This document shows, one piece after another, positions 13,201 through 26,028 of a stretch of 64,000 bases of DNA. The translations under genes and the position numbers were made by a program. Each line of letters opens with the position of its first letter. The stretch's first letter is position 1. The stretch spans positions 10,914,001 to 10,978,000 of the forward strand of contig CM075989.1 of assembly GCA_038087875.1 (NCBI GenBank). Reading direction: 5' to 3'. The notes beneath the pieces were generated by a model. That model had not been told where the DNA came from. It did no database searches and saw only the letters and a list, made by a program, of their open reading frames with translations. The DNA is from Malacoraja senta (Eukaryota).

Positions 13201-13663
13201 AAGTCGGTCTGAGGACCTTAAATTCTGAACAGGAACAAGAGCGTGAAAGGAACCAACTTCAACATTAATTCATCCCAGGCCAACCTGGTATCATTTATCA
13301 TTTTCAAATATCAATTTCATTTTGATTATTTTACCCTCGGCTCAAATATTCTCCTTGCAGTTGTGCTTTCCCTGGCAGTTTGATGCACAAAAATATGGCT
13401 GTTCTACTTCCTTCACTGCAACACTTAAATGTACTCTATTGGATGAAAAACTGTTCTGTAACTGTGAACGACGCTATTCAAATTATTTTTCAATTTGCCT
13501 TACAAGATGTTTTGATAACGATCTGCAGCTATAAAAAAACTCTAATATGTTAAACTAGATTTTGGATTTCAGTTGGAGTTAACCCATCTCATTTTCATGA
13601 ATAAAGTTTGCTTACTTAATTGGATCTTTATCAGTTTTAAAGCACTAAGCATTTGGGGAACTA

Positions 13664-13896
13664 AAATGTAATTTCTACATGGTGAAACCAAAATGCAATA
13701 AAATGGCCTTTATTAAAATCTGACAATGTGCACTTTAACCACAAGTGATTTTTTTCTATTACAAATCTCAAATTGTGGAGTACAGAGGCAAATAAATAAA
13801 TGATGGGTCTTTGACCACACATTTCACTGTACCAATTTGTGCATGTGACAAATAAATGTATCTTGTATCTTGTCCCAAACCTTATGAAGGGCACTG
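13664..13896. mobile_element. Solo terminal inverted repeat of the local Tc1 family, with a ~59-bp retroposon tail inserted at ~13814-13872
   Basis: Matches the Tc1 end at 21955-22124 and ends gaagggcactg|TA. The motif gggtctttg|tcccaaac is split by a foreign segment. Confidence 0.85.
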
Positions 13897-14810
13897 TAAT
13901 TAATAGTACTATTAATGCTGAACATAATTACAAATTAAATTTTTATGCAAGGGGTGGTTTATATTAGACCTTTCTTCACTATGAGGATACTAACATGCCA
14001 AGCAGATCAGACACTGTCTAGAGAGTAAACGTGCCACTAGGAGATAACTTTTCTGCAGAACCATACAGAGACCAACTCACCTGAAACTGCAAAATTTGAT
14101 ATCGATTCTACAATAAAGCTCACAGTGGCACAGTGCAAAAGATAATTGGTAGATAAGGCTGGGTAAGAGTGGGATTTGCAACTTCACTTTTAATTCTCCA
14201 TCTCCTTTCATTGGAGAGTTCTGTTGCAAGATTATCAGTCTGTAATATTAACTCATTTTTTAAAACTTTCTCCATACCCATTGTCCAACATGCTGAGTAT
14301 TTCCAGCCACCTCTTTTTGCTTTCAGATCTTTGTGAGAGTTCTGATCTGCATTTCAAATCTTTCACATACCCCTTCGTTCACTCCAACGATCCTCACAAG
14401 TCTGTCAAGCGGATGACTTTGTGAATAACATTTCCTCACAGCAAATCACTCTCACCAAGAGATATTTATTTTGTCCTTCCTATTTGTACACCTTCTTGAA
14501 ACATAAAAGTAAATTGTTTTATCACTTCCCCGGCTTGAATAAAGGGTTGTGGCACAAAAGGTATTTCTATTTATACAGATTTGGCCGAGTGCTTCCAGTA
14601 TTTTGTTTTAATTTCTGGTATCTGCAGTTTCTTTTGAATTTTTAATTATATACAAGCAACTGAATATTTTGACAGTTCTCAACTGTACACCAACATTTCC
14701 AGTGAAAATAAACTTGCTCTCTAAACACATAAAGCACCAGAACTCCATAAAAATTTATTCTGTGCCTGCAAAAAAAAAAACCCATCTGATTTAAGCAATC
14801 GCATACAGAC

Positions 14811-14868
14811 CTGCATCATGAAGGGCAGATCTGCCTTGATGGTCTATAGTGTCAACAGGGCAATCCTG
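14811..14868 (-). CDS. uaca: UACA-family gene, coding exon 5 (58 nt): QDCPVDTIDHQGRSALHDA(A)
   Basis: Acceptor tttgttttacag (tandem CAGCAG), donor gtctgt. Aligns to the UACA segment YNCPTEHADLQGRTALHDA. Phases 0 in, 1 out. Confidence 0.9.
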
Positions 14869-16438
14869 CTGTAAAACAAAACACACCGATTTAATACAGG
14901 CGAACAAAACATCATCCCGCCATACTGAAAACATTAAAAATTGCAGGAAAATTTGCTTTCCTATAAAATGAAGATCACTCCTTGCAGCAGAAATAGGCTT
15001 TCGCAAATTTCTTTGCAACAGCTAGATGACTACTCAGTCTTTTCAACATGGGATAGTCACTGCGAGTATACACAAGCTTTCAGGGAATATCATGTCCCTG
15101 CTTACCACAAATTCTGAACTACTGTGCAAATAAAATCCACAGCGTGACTTTGGGACTCAAGAGGAAATTGATGCACCCAGAGGGGACCAATCACACGGAC
15201 TGCATTCGAACTCCACACAGACATCAGCAGCAGTTCGCATAACTTCCTTATGCTCCAGGGACCCAGGTTCTATCCTGACCTCTGGTTCTGTCAGTGTGGC
15301 CTTTGCATGCTCTCCATGTGATAGCTTGGGTGTGTCACATTTCAAACACATCTGGAGACATGTTGATTAATTGCCCCTTATTGTATGGCAAAATAATCAA
15401 AGAACATGAGAGCGAGAACAAGATGCAAGGTTACAGGAAGTAAGGAGACGGAAATGGGACTGATGAGGTTGCTCTGCTAGAAGATGGTATGAATCTGATA
15501 GGCTGAGTGGTCTCCTCTCGTCTTCTGTGGAGTGACTTTTAAACATTAATATCTGCAATGCAACATATTTTATTACATTTAAAGATAATAAATTCCACAA
15601 TTTAAAATTTCCACATGCTTGTTATATCTGCACAACAAAGGTACTCCCTCTCCTCCTACCTCACCCCGCCTTGAGACAGAATTGCCCGAATACGTGCAGT
15701 GCAGTTCAGTGTCACCTGTACCGAGGTACAGTGAAAGGCTTTTTGTTGTGTGGTAAAGAGGAACACCTATCCTCCCCTCTGCCCCCCCCCACACTTCCTT
15801 TCCCAAATCAAACAAGACTCATGTAGCGTAATTTCAAAATCTGTGGATTATACGATCAAATAAATTTACCTTCCATTGGTCCCAATGCAATATTTTTTGC
15901 ACATACATTGACCAACACAATTAGTATTCCTTTAGAATGAATGAAAACATGCCCGAAATATACATCTTGACACTACGTGGTGGTGTTTATGCTCCACTGC
16001 AGCCTCTTCCCCTCTGTCCGCATCTAATCTCACCAGCTTTCCTTCCTAACCATCCATCAAGCTATTCAAGAGGAAATATCTTGGTGGTGGGAACAGAGAA
16101 CTTTGGCACAAGGAGAGGTTGGGGAGAAGAGAACGGATGAGCTGGATAAACACACCAAGGAGATAGGAACAGAATGATTCATCAACAAAGTGAAAGAGGA
16201 AACAAAGTGATAAAATTGTGTGGAATAGAGATTGGCGCAAACTGGTCGGGCAATTACCTGTTCCTGTAGGAAGGTATGTCTGTACTCGAACTCACAGGCC
16301 ACTAGGTACTAGGCCACAACTAACAATGGCCTGTTACTTTTATCATCATTATTTTTTTGCATATCTTTCATTCATTTGTTCTATGTTTCTCTACATCACC
16401 ACCTATATCTCTTGTTTCCCTTTCCTCTGACTCGCAGT

Positions 16439-16466
16439 CTGAAGAAGGGTCTTGACCCGAAACGTC
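16439..16466 (+). ncRNA. Minimal type I hammerhead ribozyme core in a Penelope terminal repeat (repeat ~16310-16520)
   Basis: CTGAAGA-A-GGGTC-tt-GACCC-GAAAC-GTC: conserved core boxes, 5-bp stem II, palindromic ACGT in place of stem III. Stem I is only about 2 bp. Confidence 0.65.
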
Positions 16467-16913
16467 ACCTATTCCTTTTCTCCAGAGATGCCGCTGAGTT
16501 ACTGCCACTTTTTGTGTCTAACTTGTTCCTGCATTGTAAATATTGAACACAAACATACAAGACAGAAAGCAACCCTTTGGTGCAGCAAGCCCACCCCATG
16601 TAACCATCTACCCGCCTTCTACCCATCATGGAATCTCCTGGAAGAAATAGGAGGGGAAACAGAAAATCTCTCTCTGATCGTTACTAGTGTTTGCTCAGTT
16701 TTAAAAATAGGACAGCAGGAAATGAAGTACTTGAGTGTGTGTATTACAGGCACATACTTGGCACCAGCACACTGAATTCAGAAGCTGCAGAAGCTTCAGC
16801 TTTACCCGTGGGCATTCTCTATTGCAAAGTTAAGAAGAACAATTTCTTCATTGACAGATACACTTGACCTTCATGTTAATGCATCCATAATGCCAAGAGG
16901 CAATTGCAGTTAC

Positions 16914-16978
16914 CTGAAGCAACCGCTGCAAACACAGAGACTGCCCATTTCTAGCAGCGAGATGTAACACACTTCGTC
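16914..16978 (-). CDS. uaca: UACA-family gene, coding exon 4 (65 nt): (G)RSVLHLAARNGQSLCLQRLLQ
   Basis: Acceptor ctctttatcttgcag, donor gtaact. Aligns to the UACA segment GRNALHLAAKYGHALCLQKLLQ. Phases 1 in, 0 out. Confidence 0.93.
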
Positions 16979-18686
16979 CTGCAAGATAAAGAGAAAATAA
17001 AATCAGTAATTAATGAACCTTGGACTCAGGGCGGGTTCTTTCTCAGTGAGTTCTATAAGCAACTGCTCAGCCCTTGAGAATACCAATAGAGTTTTTCTTA
17101 TACTGGTCTTGACGGTTCCTTTGGACATTCACTGCGAGACAAGTGGGCAACAGTTGATAAGCCAAAATAGAATAGTAACGTTACAGAAAAAGAAGCCCCC
17201 AGTCAGTCTGTTGTGTCCAGATCACCCAAAAGTGGTGTAACTCAAGTTTTGTCGGTTACTCCAGTTGCTTAGCTTTTCATAGTACTGTAACAAAAGTCAC
17301 ATTGATGTGATTCTCTACCACTCTATCCCACATTAGCATCTCCCTCAGGGACTAGCAAACCTCTCATCAATCCTGGACCAATATTCTACATACTCGTACG
17401 CTTTCTTCCCATCAATCACCGAGAAGCTAACTCTGGGATTCAGGGCTCCAAGTATAACTACATATGAACTCAGAAAAATCAGATGCAAGTTCTCTGTACT
17501 GTTGATGATCATAATGAAGATGATATTAGGTTATTTAATTTGTTCTGAGATCTAAATAAAATGGCAATGAAGAGGCTTGATGGAATGATCAACATCTGCA
17601 GCTTAAATGTGTGAAAGAGTAAAAGCAATAATGGAAAAGTAAGAATATTTTGGTTATTGGACAAATATCCCAAGGCTGGTTTGAAAACTCACTATGGCAG
17701 CTTTATAGTTTTTTTTAAAAATCAGGTAATTTCTACAAAAGTTAGTTAAAAAAAAAAAAGGCCATGAAAATCATTGTATTGAAATATTAAAGAAATCTGG
17801 TTCACTAATCTTCAAGAAAATAAGTCTTCTTTATCTGGTCTGGCCAATACACGATTCCTGGCCCACCAAAGCACTCTAGTATGAACTGAGTTTTGAAATC
17901 ATTCATGTAGCTATAATCGTCAAGTGGGAGGATGAAATAAATGCTGCACCACATACCAAGAGCAAATAAATATCATCATGGCATTTACTTTTCTCTTAAG
18001 TTTAGATGCAGGCAGAACTGCTAAAGATTCACAAGAATAATTCTACAACAGAGTGGTTGTAACTATCTGCAGACTGAACAAAGTGGGAACATAAGAAAAA
18101 AATCCAAAGGTAGTTATAAAGAGCAGTCCAGCATATATACTTCTGGACTGCTTCCCCATAGAAGGTTACACACATCTTACAGGGATAAAAGTATGGTTTG
18201 CTGGATAGAGTTGAGAAAGTTGTTCCTATTGTCCTACATTTTATGGAGTAAGTTAGAGAGACACATCTGAAATATACAGAAACCTTCAATGGCAGAATTA
18301 AGTCATGTTTGTATAGCTCTCTTGCTCCTGTGCCTGGGAGCATTTGAACTAATAGTCATGGACTGAGGACAAACGTTTGGACATTTGAGACGGAGATTAG
18401 CTCTCTGGAATTCACAATTGCTGAGGGATTTCAGCCACTGAGTATATTCCACGTTGAGACCAACAGATTCTTAGATGCCAAGAGAATCACCATTTTGGGA
18501 TAGACCTAGAGGGAACATTTATCAGTCGATCCTATTCGAAGGCAAAACAGACCAAAGAAACAAATTGCTCAACTTGTTCCTATTGGAGAAAGGCAGGTGA
18601 AAAATAACAACTATTATCTTAAAAGTGGCAATTATCTTAAAAGTGGCAATTTGAGACGCAACCCCGATACCAGTGTGAAGAGTTAC

Positions 18687-18775
18687 CTGCAGCATTAATT
18701 GCTGTCACGTCAACACCATGTGAGAGCATTGCATTGATGCAGGGGACATCACCTTTCGCAGCTGCAAGATGGAAA
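18687..18775 (-). CDS. uaca: UACA-family gene, coding exon 3 (89 nt): (A)FHLAAAKGDVPCINAMLSHGVDVTAINAA(G)
   Basis: Acceptor ccttgtcttccag, donor gtaact. Ankyrin repeat. Phases 2 in, 1 out. Confidence 0.93.
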
Positions 18776-20461
18776 CTGGAAGACAAGGAAATCAAAATGA
18801 AAATTAAGCTCATGTGCTGCAGAATAATCTGCTTCAGAATCCAACTCCCCTCCCACATAGATGCCCCATTTTACACTTGTGCTTTTTGAAGAGCAACACG
18901 CAAAAGGGTGCAACAATAACAGCGGTGCCAGCAACATTACATCACTGAAGACTTGCACTAACGATAAAAAAGCACAGGTTCAAATCCCACCATAACAGCT
19001 AAATATTAAATTCAATCAAATCTAAAATACAACGTTCATTTCTTAAGTGCTTAAGTGCCTCAAACAAACTCTGGCACGAATGTTTCACGAACTGTTTCTG
19101 TCATGTTGCCTGACATTTTCCAAGAGATATGTATGTACCTATATACCCAGGTCCCTCTGTCCGTGCACACATTTTGGGACTGTGCTATTTAGATCATATT
19201 GTCTCTTCTCATTCTTTCTGACAAAATGGATTGCTTCATACTTTCAAATGTTCAGAGCACTTACTGATATTTCCATTTGCAAAAGTAAAATATCTGTGGC
19301 ATCATTTGCATAATCAAAAAAACAAATTAATTACATTCACTATTATTATGTTCCTGTTGGATTTTATGGTAGTTCAATGAAATTTGTTGTTGACATAGCT
19401 ATAAATAAACTCTTTAGAGTTCAAACTGAAGCTGCTATGTTGAATTATCTCAGCATTACTAAGTGAAGGTCAACTACTTAGCTTTCAGCTGCACCATACT
19501 TGCACAAGGCAAGTACTGAGACAACCAGCTAAAAGAAACACGCTGTCATTTGCAGCATAATTAAGTTTTGGAACAAGACTTTGGAACAAGTCATTCTTTC
19601 AAAATATATGCTCCTTTAAATCATCCGTTTTTAATTAACTGAACAGAAAATTGTACATTCATAGTTTCCTCTGGATAGTTAAATTCACTAACAATCCAGG
19701 AATGCCCAGAGCAAAACAGCTTTGTATTTGTCTAAAAATCTATTCACAAATAGTTAGATTTTCTACTTGTTAAAATGAGGCAAAACATTACCAATCAGGT
19801 AAATCTATTGTCAGGAAAATGTGTTTGCTCTTAGCAACTGTCTAAAGATCTTGACATACAAGTCCTATCTTTATTGTAGGACATCAGTTGGAATTCATAC
19901 AAAATCAATATTTTCGTAGATTAAGAATGAATCAGAGACAGAATTCACAACATAAAGTGCTGGAGTAACTCAGCAGGTCATGCGGCATCTCTGGAGAACA
20001 TGGATAGGTGAGGATTCAAACTGATTTGGGGAGCGGAAGGGGGAATATAAAGTGAAAAGAGGGGCGGGGTAATAGGTTGACACAGGTGAATGGATTTTGA
20101 TCGGCAGATTGTTGGACAAAGGCTAGAGATGAAAAAACTGGTGTGAGACTAAAAGATTGAAGAGTTGCAAATTGTGAAGCTAAATGAAGCAATACAGGTG
20201 GAAGGGAATGAGGATGGGAAAAGTGCAATAAGAGGATGCGGATCCAAGATAATGAGCAAAATTGCCAGAAAGGTATTTTTCTGCCTGATCTGCAGTGTTG
20301 CCTCAAAGACTCACATAAACCAACGCAACAATTCTAACCAGAATTTGATAAATTCTTGGAGAAACAGCTGTAGAGGAAAAAGACGTTACAGGCATGATGA
20401 GCTCTCTCAGAGACATGAAATATTCTGATGTTAGAAAAACACAGGGTATTAAACAAAGATA

Positions 20462-22124
20462 TAGTGCCCTCCATAATGTTGGGACAAAGACCCATCATTT
20501 ATTTATTTGCCTCTGTACTCCACAATTTGAGATTTGTAAAATAAAAAAAATCACATGTGGTTAAAGTGCACATTGTCAGATTTTAATAAAGACAATTTTT
20601 ATACATTTTGGTTTCACCATGTAGAAATTACAGCAGTGTTTATACATAGTTCCCCCATTTCAGGGCCCCATAATGTTTGGGACACAGCAATGTCATGTAA
20701 ATGAAAGTAGTCATGTTTAGTATTTTGTTGCATATCCTTGGCATGCAATGACTGCTTGAAGTCTGCGATTCATGGACATCACCAGTTGCTGGGTGTCTTC
20801 TCTGATGATGCTCTGCCAGGCCTGTATTGCAGCCATCTTTAGCTTATGTTTGTTTTGGGGGCTAGTCCCCTTCAGTTTTCTCTTCAGCATATAAAAGGCA
20901 TGCTGAACTGGGTTCAGATCGGGTCATTGATTTGGCCACTCAAGAATTGACCATTTTTTAGCTTTGAAAAACTCCTTTGTTGCTTTAGCAGTATGTTTGG
21001 GATCATTGTCTTGCTGTAGAATGAACTGCCGACCATGAGTTTTGAGGCATTTGTTTGAACTTGAGTAGATAGGATGTGTCGATACACTTCAGAATTCATT
21101 ATGCTACTATCATCAGCAGTTGTATCATCAATGGAGATAAGTGAGTCAATACCTTCAGCAGCCATACATGCCCAGGCCATAACACCCCCACCACTGTGTT
21201 TCACAGATGAGGTGGTATGCTTTGGATCTTGGGTAGTTCCTTCTCTCCTCCATACTTTGCTCTTGCCATCAGTCTGATATAACTTAATCTTTGTCTCTGT
21301 TCACAAGACCTTTTCCAGAACTGTGGTAGCTCTTTTAAGTACTTCTTGGCAAACTGTAACACGGCCATCCTATTTTTGCGGCTAAGTAGTGGTTTGCATC
21401 TTGCAGTGTAGCCTCTGTATTTCTGTTCATGAAGTCTTTTGCGGACAGTGGTCATTGACAAATCCACACCTGACTCCTGAAGAGTGTTTCTGATCTGTCG
21501 GACGGGTGTTTGGGGATTTCATTATCGGCGATAATTGGGGATAACAGAGAGAATTCTTCTGTCTTCAGCTGTGGAGGTCTTCCTTGGCCTGCCAGTCCCT
21601 TTGCGATTAGCAAGCTCACCAATGCTCTCTTTCTTCTTAATTATGTTCCAAACAGTTGATTTTGGTAAGCCTAAGGTTTGGCTGATGTCTCCAACAGTTT
21701 TATTCTTGTTTCTCAGTCTCAGAATGGCTTCTTTGACTTTCATTGGCGTAACTTTGGTCCTCATGTTGATAAACACCAATAAAAGTTTCCAAAGGTGATG
21801 GAAAGACTGGAGGAAAGACTAGATGCTGAGAGCTCTCCTATACCTGCATTAAGGAGCAATTAAACACACCTGAGCAATTACAAACACCTGTGAAGCCATA
21901 TGTCCCAAACATTGTGGTGCCCTAAAATGGGGGGGGCTATGTATAAACACTGCTGTAATTTCTACATGGTGAAACCAAAATAAATAAAAGTGGTCTTTAA
22001 TAAAATCTGACAATGTGCACTTTAACCACATGTGATTTTTTATATTCCAAATCTCAAATTGTGGAGTACAAGAGGCAAATAAATAAATGATGGGTCTTTG
22101 TCCCAAACATTAAGGAAGGCACTG
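20462..22124 (-). mobile_element. Full-length (1663 bp) Tc1-family DNA transposon of IR/DR type with an inactivated transposase
   Basis: ~220-bp TIRs with cataatgtt(t)gggaca repeated at their outer and inner ends; TA at 20460-61 and 22125-26. Minus-strand ORF fragments give an HTH (ISQTLGLPKSTVWNIIKK), GRPRKTS, KHSGGGVMAWACM, and frameshifted QQDNDPKH / SPDLNP-like motifs. Confidence 0.95.
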
Positions 22125-23173
22125 TAAATACTCCTTAAACCTGTCTGTCTGGTCATCTATTTGAATATCTTCCTGTGTGGCTCAATACTAGGCTTTGTTT
22201 GACAGAACTCCCGATAAGGCTTCAAGGTTTACTACATCAAAGATGCTATTAAATGCAAAGTGGTATTTTACCAACTTGGAACTTTATCCAAAGAACACTG
22301 CCCGAGGCATTGTTCAATGTCCCTCTTATCACAAAGGCTGAAGTCATCGAACAAATTAATTTTAATAAAAATCAATTTCTATTGTCAGACTTAATGGCTT
22401 TCCGTTGAGAACTCCACTGTTCTTTTTCAATTAACTGCTTTTGATCTCCTCCAGCCGTAGGTGAATCGTGGCTTGTGTTCCACTAAACAGAATGCGCAGC
22501 TTTGCAAGTGATCATCGCAGTTTATCCCTGAACTAACAAGTTCTAACCATAATTAAACAAAATCTAAGTCGATAAGACAAAGTAATCTTTCATGATATTA
22601 TGTGGCATAAAAAGCAGACAAAACAAACAGGAGTCTGGCAATGCAGCAGATTTAGTAGAAAATTCACCACAGATTTACTGAGCAAGAACACTACAATTTT
22701 CTATGTGACCAATTACTGACCATAACCAGGTCATAATACCCCAGACTTTTTGCAGTGGTGTTATTAGCAGAAGAAACACAAATCAAAGTCAGAGGCTTAA
22801 CATGGGAGAAGGCAAGAGAGAAACCCGAGGAGAGTGGGGAGAGGTGGGGTGGGGGCACATGAAAGAAGAGAGACACCTGGAGCTAGAGCCAGAGAGAAAG
22901 TGAGAGAGGGTGCCAGCAGTGGACAGGAAGGGGAATATCGACACAGTGTGAACGAGTGGAGGCCAAATTATATTGTACAACATCCCGTATATTGAAAGCA
23001 TTCCCCCCTCCCAGTCGCCAGGACAACCCCTCCCACCCACACTTGCTGGGACACCCCTCTCCACCCGCCACTTGTTGGGTCGAACCTCCACTCTCTGTGT
23101 CAATCTTCAGCATGGAAGTTGAAAGGCTGATTTAAGGTGGGCCCAGGAGTAGCAGTGGTTGCAGGACACTTAC

Positions 23174-23304
23174 GCTGATCTGCCCTCCACATCCAGCTTG
23201 GTCGGCATGACCCCTCTCTTGGCCAGCACTGATGTAACTCTATCCACATCTCCCTTTTCCACTGCCTTCAGCAAACGCTCATCATATTTGCTCCAATCTG
23301 ATGT
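23174..23304 (-). CDS. uaca: UACA-family gene, coding exon 2 (131 nt): TSDWSKYDERLLKAVEKGDVDRVTSVLAKRGVMPTKLDVEGRS(A)
   Basis: Acceptor ttctttttaactgcag, donor gtaagt. Near-identical to the UACA segment ADWNKYDDRLMKAAERGDVEKVTSILAKKGVNPGKLDVEGRS. Not present in the ORF track. Confidence 0.95.
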
Positions 23305-26028
23305 CTGCAGTTAAAAAGAAGCAAAATTATCACCAGTGAAGTTATGAAGTGTTGCCCACACAGCATATTAATATCTTAATTCAATAATGTGAGGAAAGCC
23401 TTCTTTTTCGACTCTGGCATGTTGTACAGCAACATCTGTCCTGTCCAATCAGTGCAAGAATCTGACACGGGCATGTTTGGCAACACAGACTCTCTGCAAA
23501 GCTTGGGTACATGTTAACTGATCGACACATCCATTATTAACCTGACCATCAGCACATTCGAGAGGAGTAAAGCTCACTCCTCAGAAGCTACCAGAAAGGA
23601 AAGGTGTCCTGCCCAAAATTTACCACATTGATTCAGCATGAATCACTAAATCAAGCCAGACTATATTCCTTCTCTCCAGAGATGTTGCCTATCCCGTCGA
23701 GTTACTCCAGCACTTGGTGTCTATCTTCGGTAAAAAAACAGCATCTGAAGTTCCTTCCTACACAGACTATATTGCTCTTTTCCCCTTATCAACATCTTAA
23801 AACACATTACAATTCAATGATGTACGAGATGTAGTCCTCGTTGTTCACAGCCAATTTACACACTGCAAGATCCCACAAATGTCACAGAGATAAAGGTTTT
23901 AGTAACACTGGCTGAAAGCGAAATTTGGTCCCAGAACACCAGAAATATACAGCAGCTCGCCTTCACAATCGTACATCACATTTTTATTTCCCCCACGTTG
24001 CAACTTCCCAGCATTACTCCCAACCCATGTCCTGTCCAGCTTCCCTCACGTGGATCTTTCGCATCAACTTATGTGGGCAAAGAGTCTCAGTTTAACCACT
24101 CACTTGAAACACTGTTCTCTGACTGTGTAGCATTTCCTCAGTGCCTCAATAAAGCTTCAGGTTGGATTTCTGCACTCGCATCTCTGAGCGATGAACACAT
24201 CACTAAGTGTAGGAATGACAGGTCCGTAGGAATGAGTTAAATTTACATCTGACGTTTATTATTCCCACAGGCATCTCTCCCTCTCCCTCCCTCCCTCTCA
24301 CGTTTCGCCCAATTTCTCTTAACTTGCATCATTCACCTCAGGAACACCATGAGTTCACTTGCTTATCACTTTGTTAAGTTGCCTTTTTGAATTTGCTGCA
24401 TCCTCCAATCAGACCTTGCTGCACAAGAGACTGCAGATGTTAGAATCTGGAGCAGAAAACAAACTGCTTGAGGAACTCAACGGGTCAGTATGCAGAAGGG
24501 TCATAAGCCCAAACATCATCTGTCAATTTCCCTCCACAGATGCTGCTTAACCCTTTGCATTCCTCCAACACTTTGATTTTAGCTTCATAAGACCCTCGGG
24601 AGAGAATGAAATGAGAAAACAAAGGTTTCTACTATGGCAGTAGAGGACAATGTCTCTTCATTCCATCTATCTTTGCAGCAATGTAAAGTCCAGGAACCTG
24701 TTGTGACCCTGCATGATCACATGCAGCAAGCTGGATTTAACCATACATTGCCTGCACTGCCCATCATTGGCAATGAGTCTATTACCGGGAATTCCCTTCA
24801 AGGAGCAACGTTGGAGCACTCATGCTAAACAGACTGCAGTGGGTCAAGGCACCAACTCACTACCACCTTCTTCAGGGCAATCGGAAGGTGAAGTGGATCC
24901 TGGTCTCTCCAATGAAGCCTACACTTGTAAAATGCACAGCAATCTGTAAATGAACAGGAAGCCTTGAAACTCCTAACTCATAGACAGAGTCAGCATGGAA
25001 ACAGGCCCATCTGCCCAACTCGTCCATGCCCAAGATGGCCTATCTAAGTTTAGTCCCATTTGCCTACATTTGGCCCTTATTCCTCAAATGTTGGGATTGC
25101 ACTTGCTTCAACTACTTCCTCTGGCTGTTTGATCCATAAACCCACCAGCCTCCATGTGAAAAAGTTGCCCTCAGGTTCCTATTAAATCTTTCCCCTTTCG
25201 CTTTATACCAATGCCTTGTTTGGCACAACATTAGCCTCCTTTCGTCTTCCGGCACTTTGCCCATGTTTAGCGATGATTCGTATATCTCAATAAGGGCTCC
25301 TGTAATTTCTACTGAGAGAACGTGTATGGGTCAGCAAAATGTTGGGAAGGAAGCAAACATTGGCCCATGAAGCATCTCGCAAAACTGCCAAAAAGCTAGT
25401 CAATGCCAAGCCTTACTTGGCAAATGGAATTCAGCAACAATTTCCATTTATGTAGCCTTGTTAATCCAGTGAAGCATTCGATACACCTCACAGGTGCAAC
25501 TGTCAGCTACAAGCTGATGCCAATCTGCACAAATCAGTGCACAAAGACTAACCTGTTAAGGAGCACATTAAAAGAGAGTGGAATGATGGGATTTAGGAAG
25601 GGAATTCCAGGTCAAGGGAACCCAGGATGTGTGGGACACCAGCATGGAAAATGGCAACAATTACCAAGGACTTCAATAAGGGAGCAGTAGGTTTAAGAGG
25701 TAGGGCACACTCCAAAAATATACTCTTAATTTATTTTCTATTAGCAACTCTGACCCCACTAACACCATTACCCCTCCTTCCACTCCTTAATTTTCCAACA
25801 TGACAAATACAAATTCCAATTCAAGAGTAAACTTCAAGCCTCTGGCAGCTGTTGCAGTGTGTAATGATAGTTCTCCTGTTGCTGGTTTTACTAATGTGCA
25901 AAACCTTCAGCTCAATCCTAAAGGGAGACCCATAATTATCAAGTGCCGCCTCGGTTTTGTACTCAGTAACCCTCTCGTCAGAGTCTCTAGTTTCAAACTG
26001 CTGTCCTGCCGGATTCAAGTTAAATCTA

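Noticed and set aside
18612..18651. Short tandem duplications (attatcttaaaagtggca x2; others at ~36021-36065, ~52851-52900, ~54990-55012)
   Set aside because: Ordinary replication-slippage duplications; two or three units with no spacer structure.
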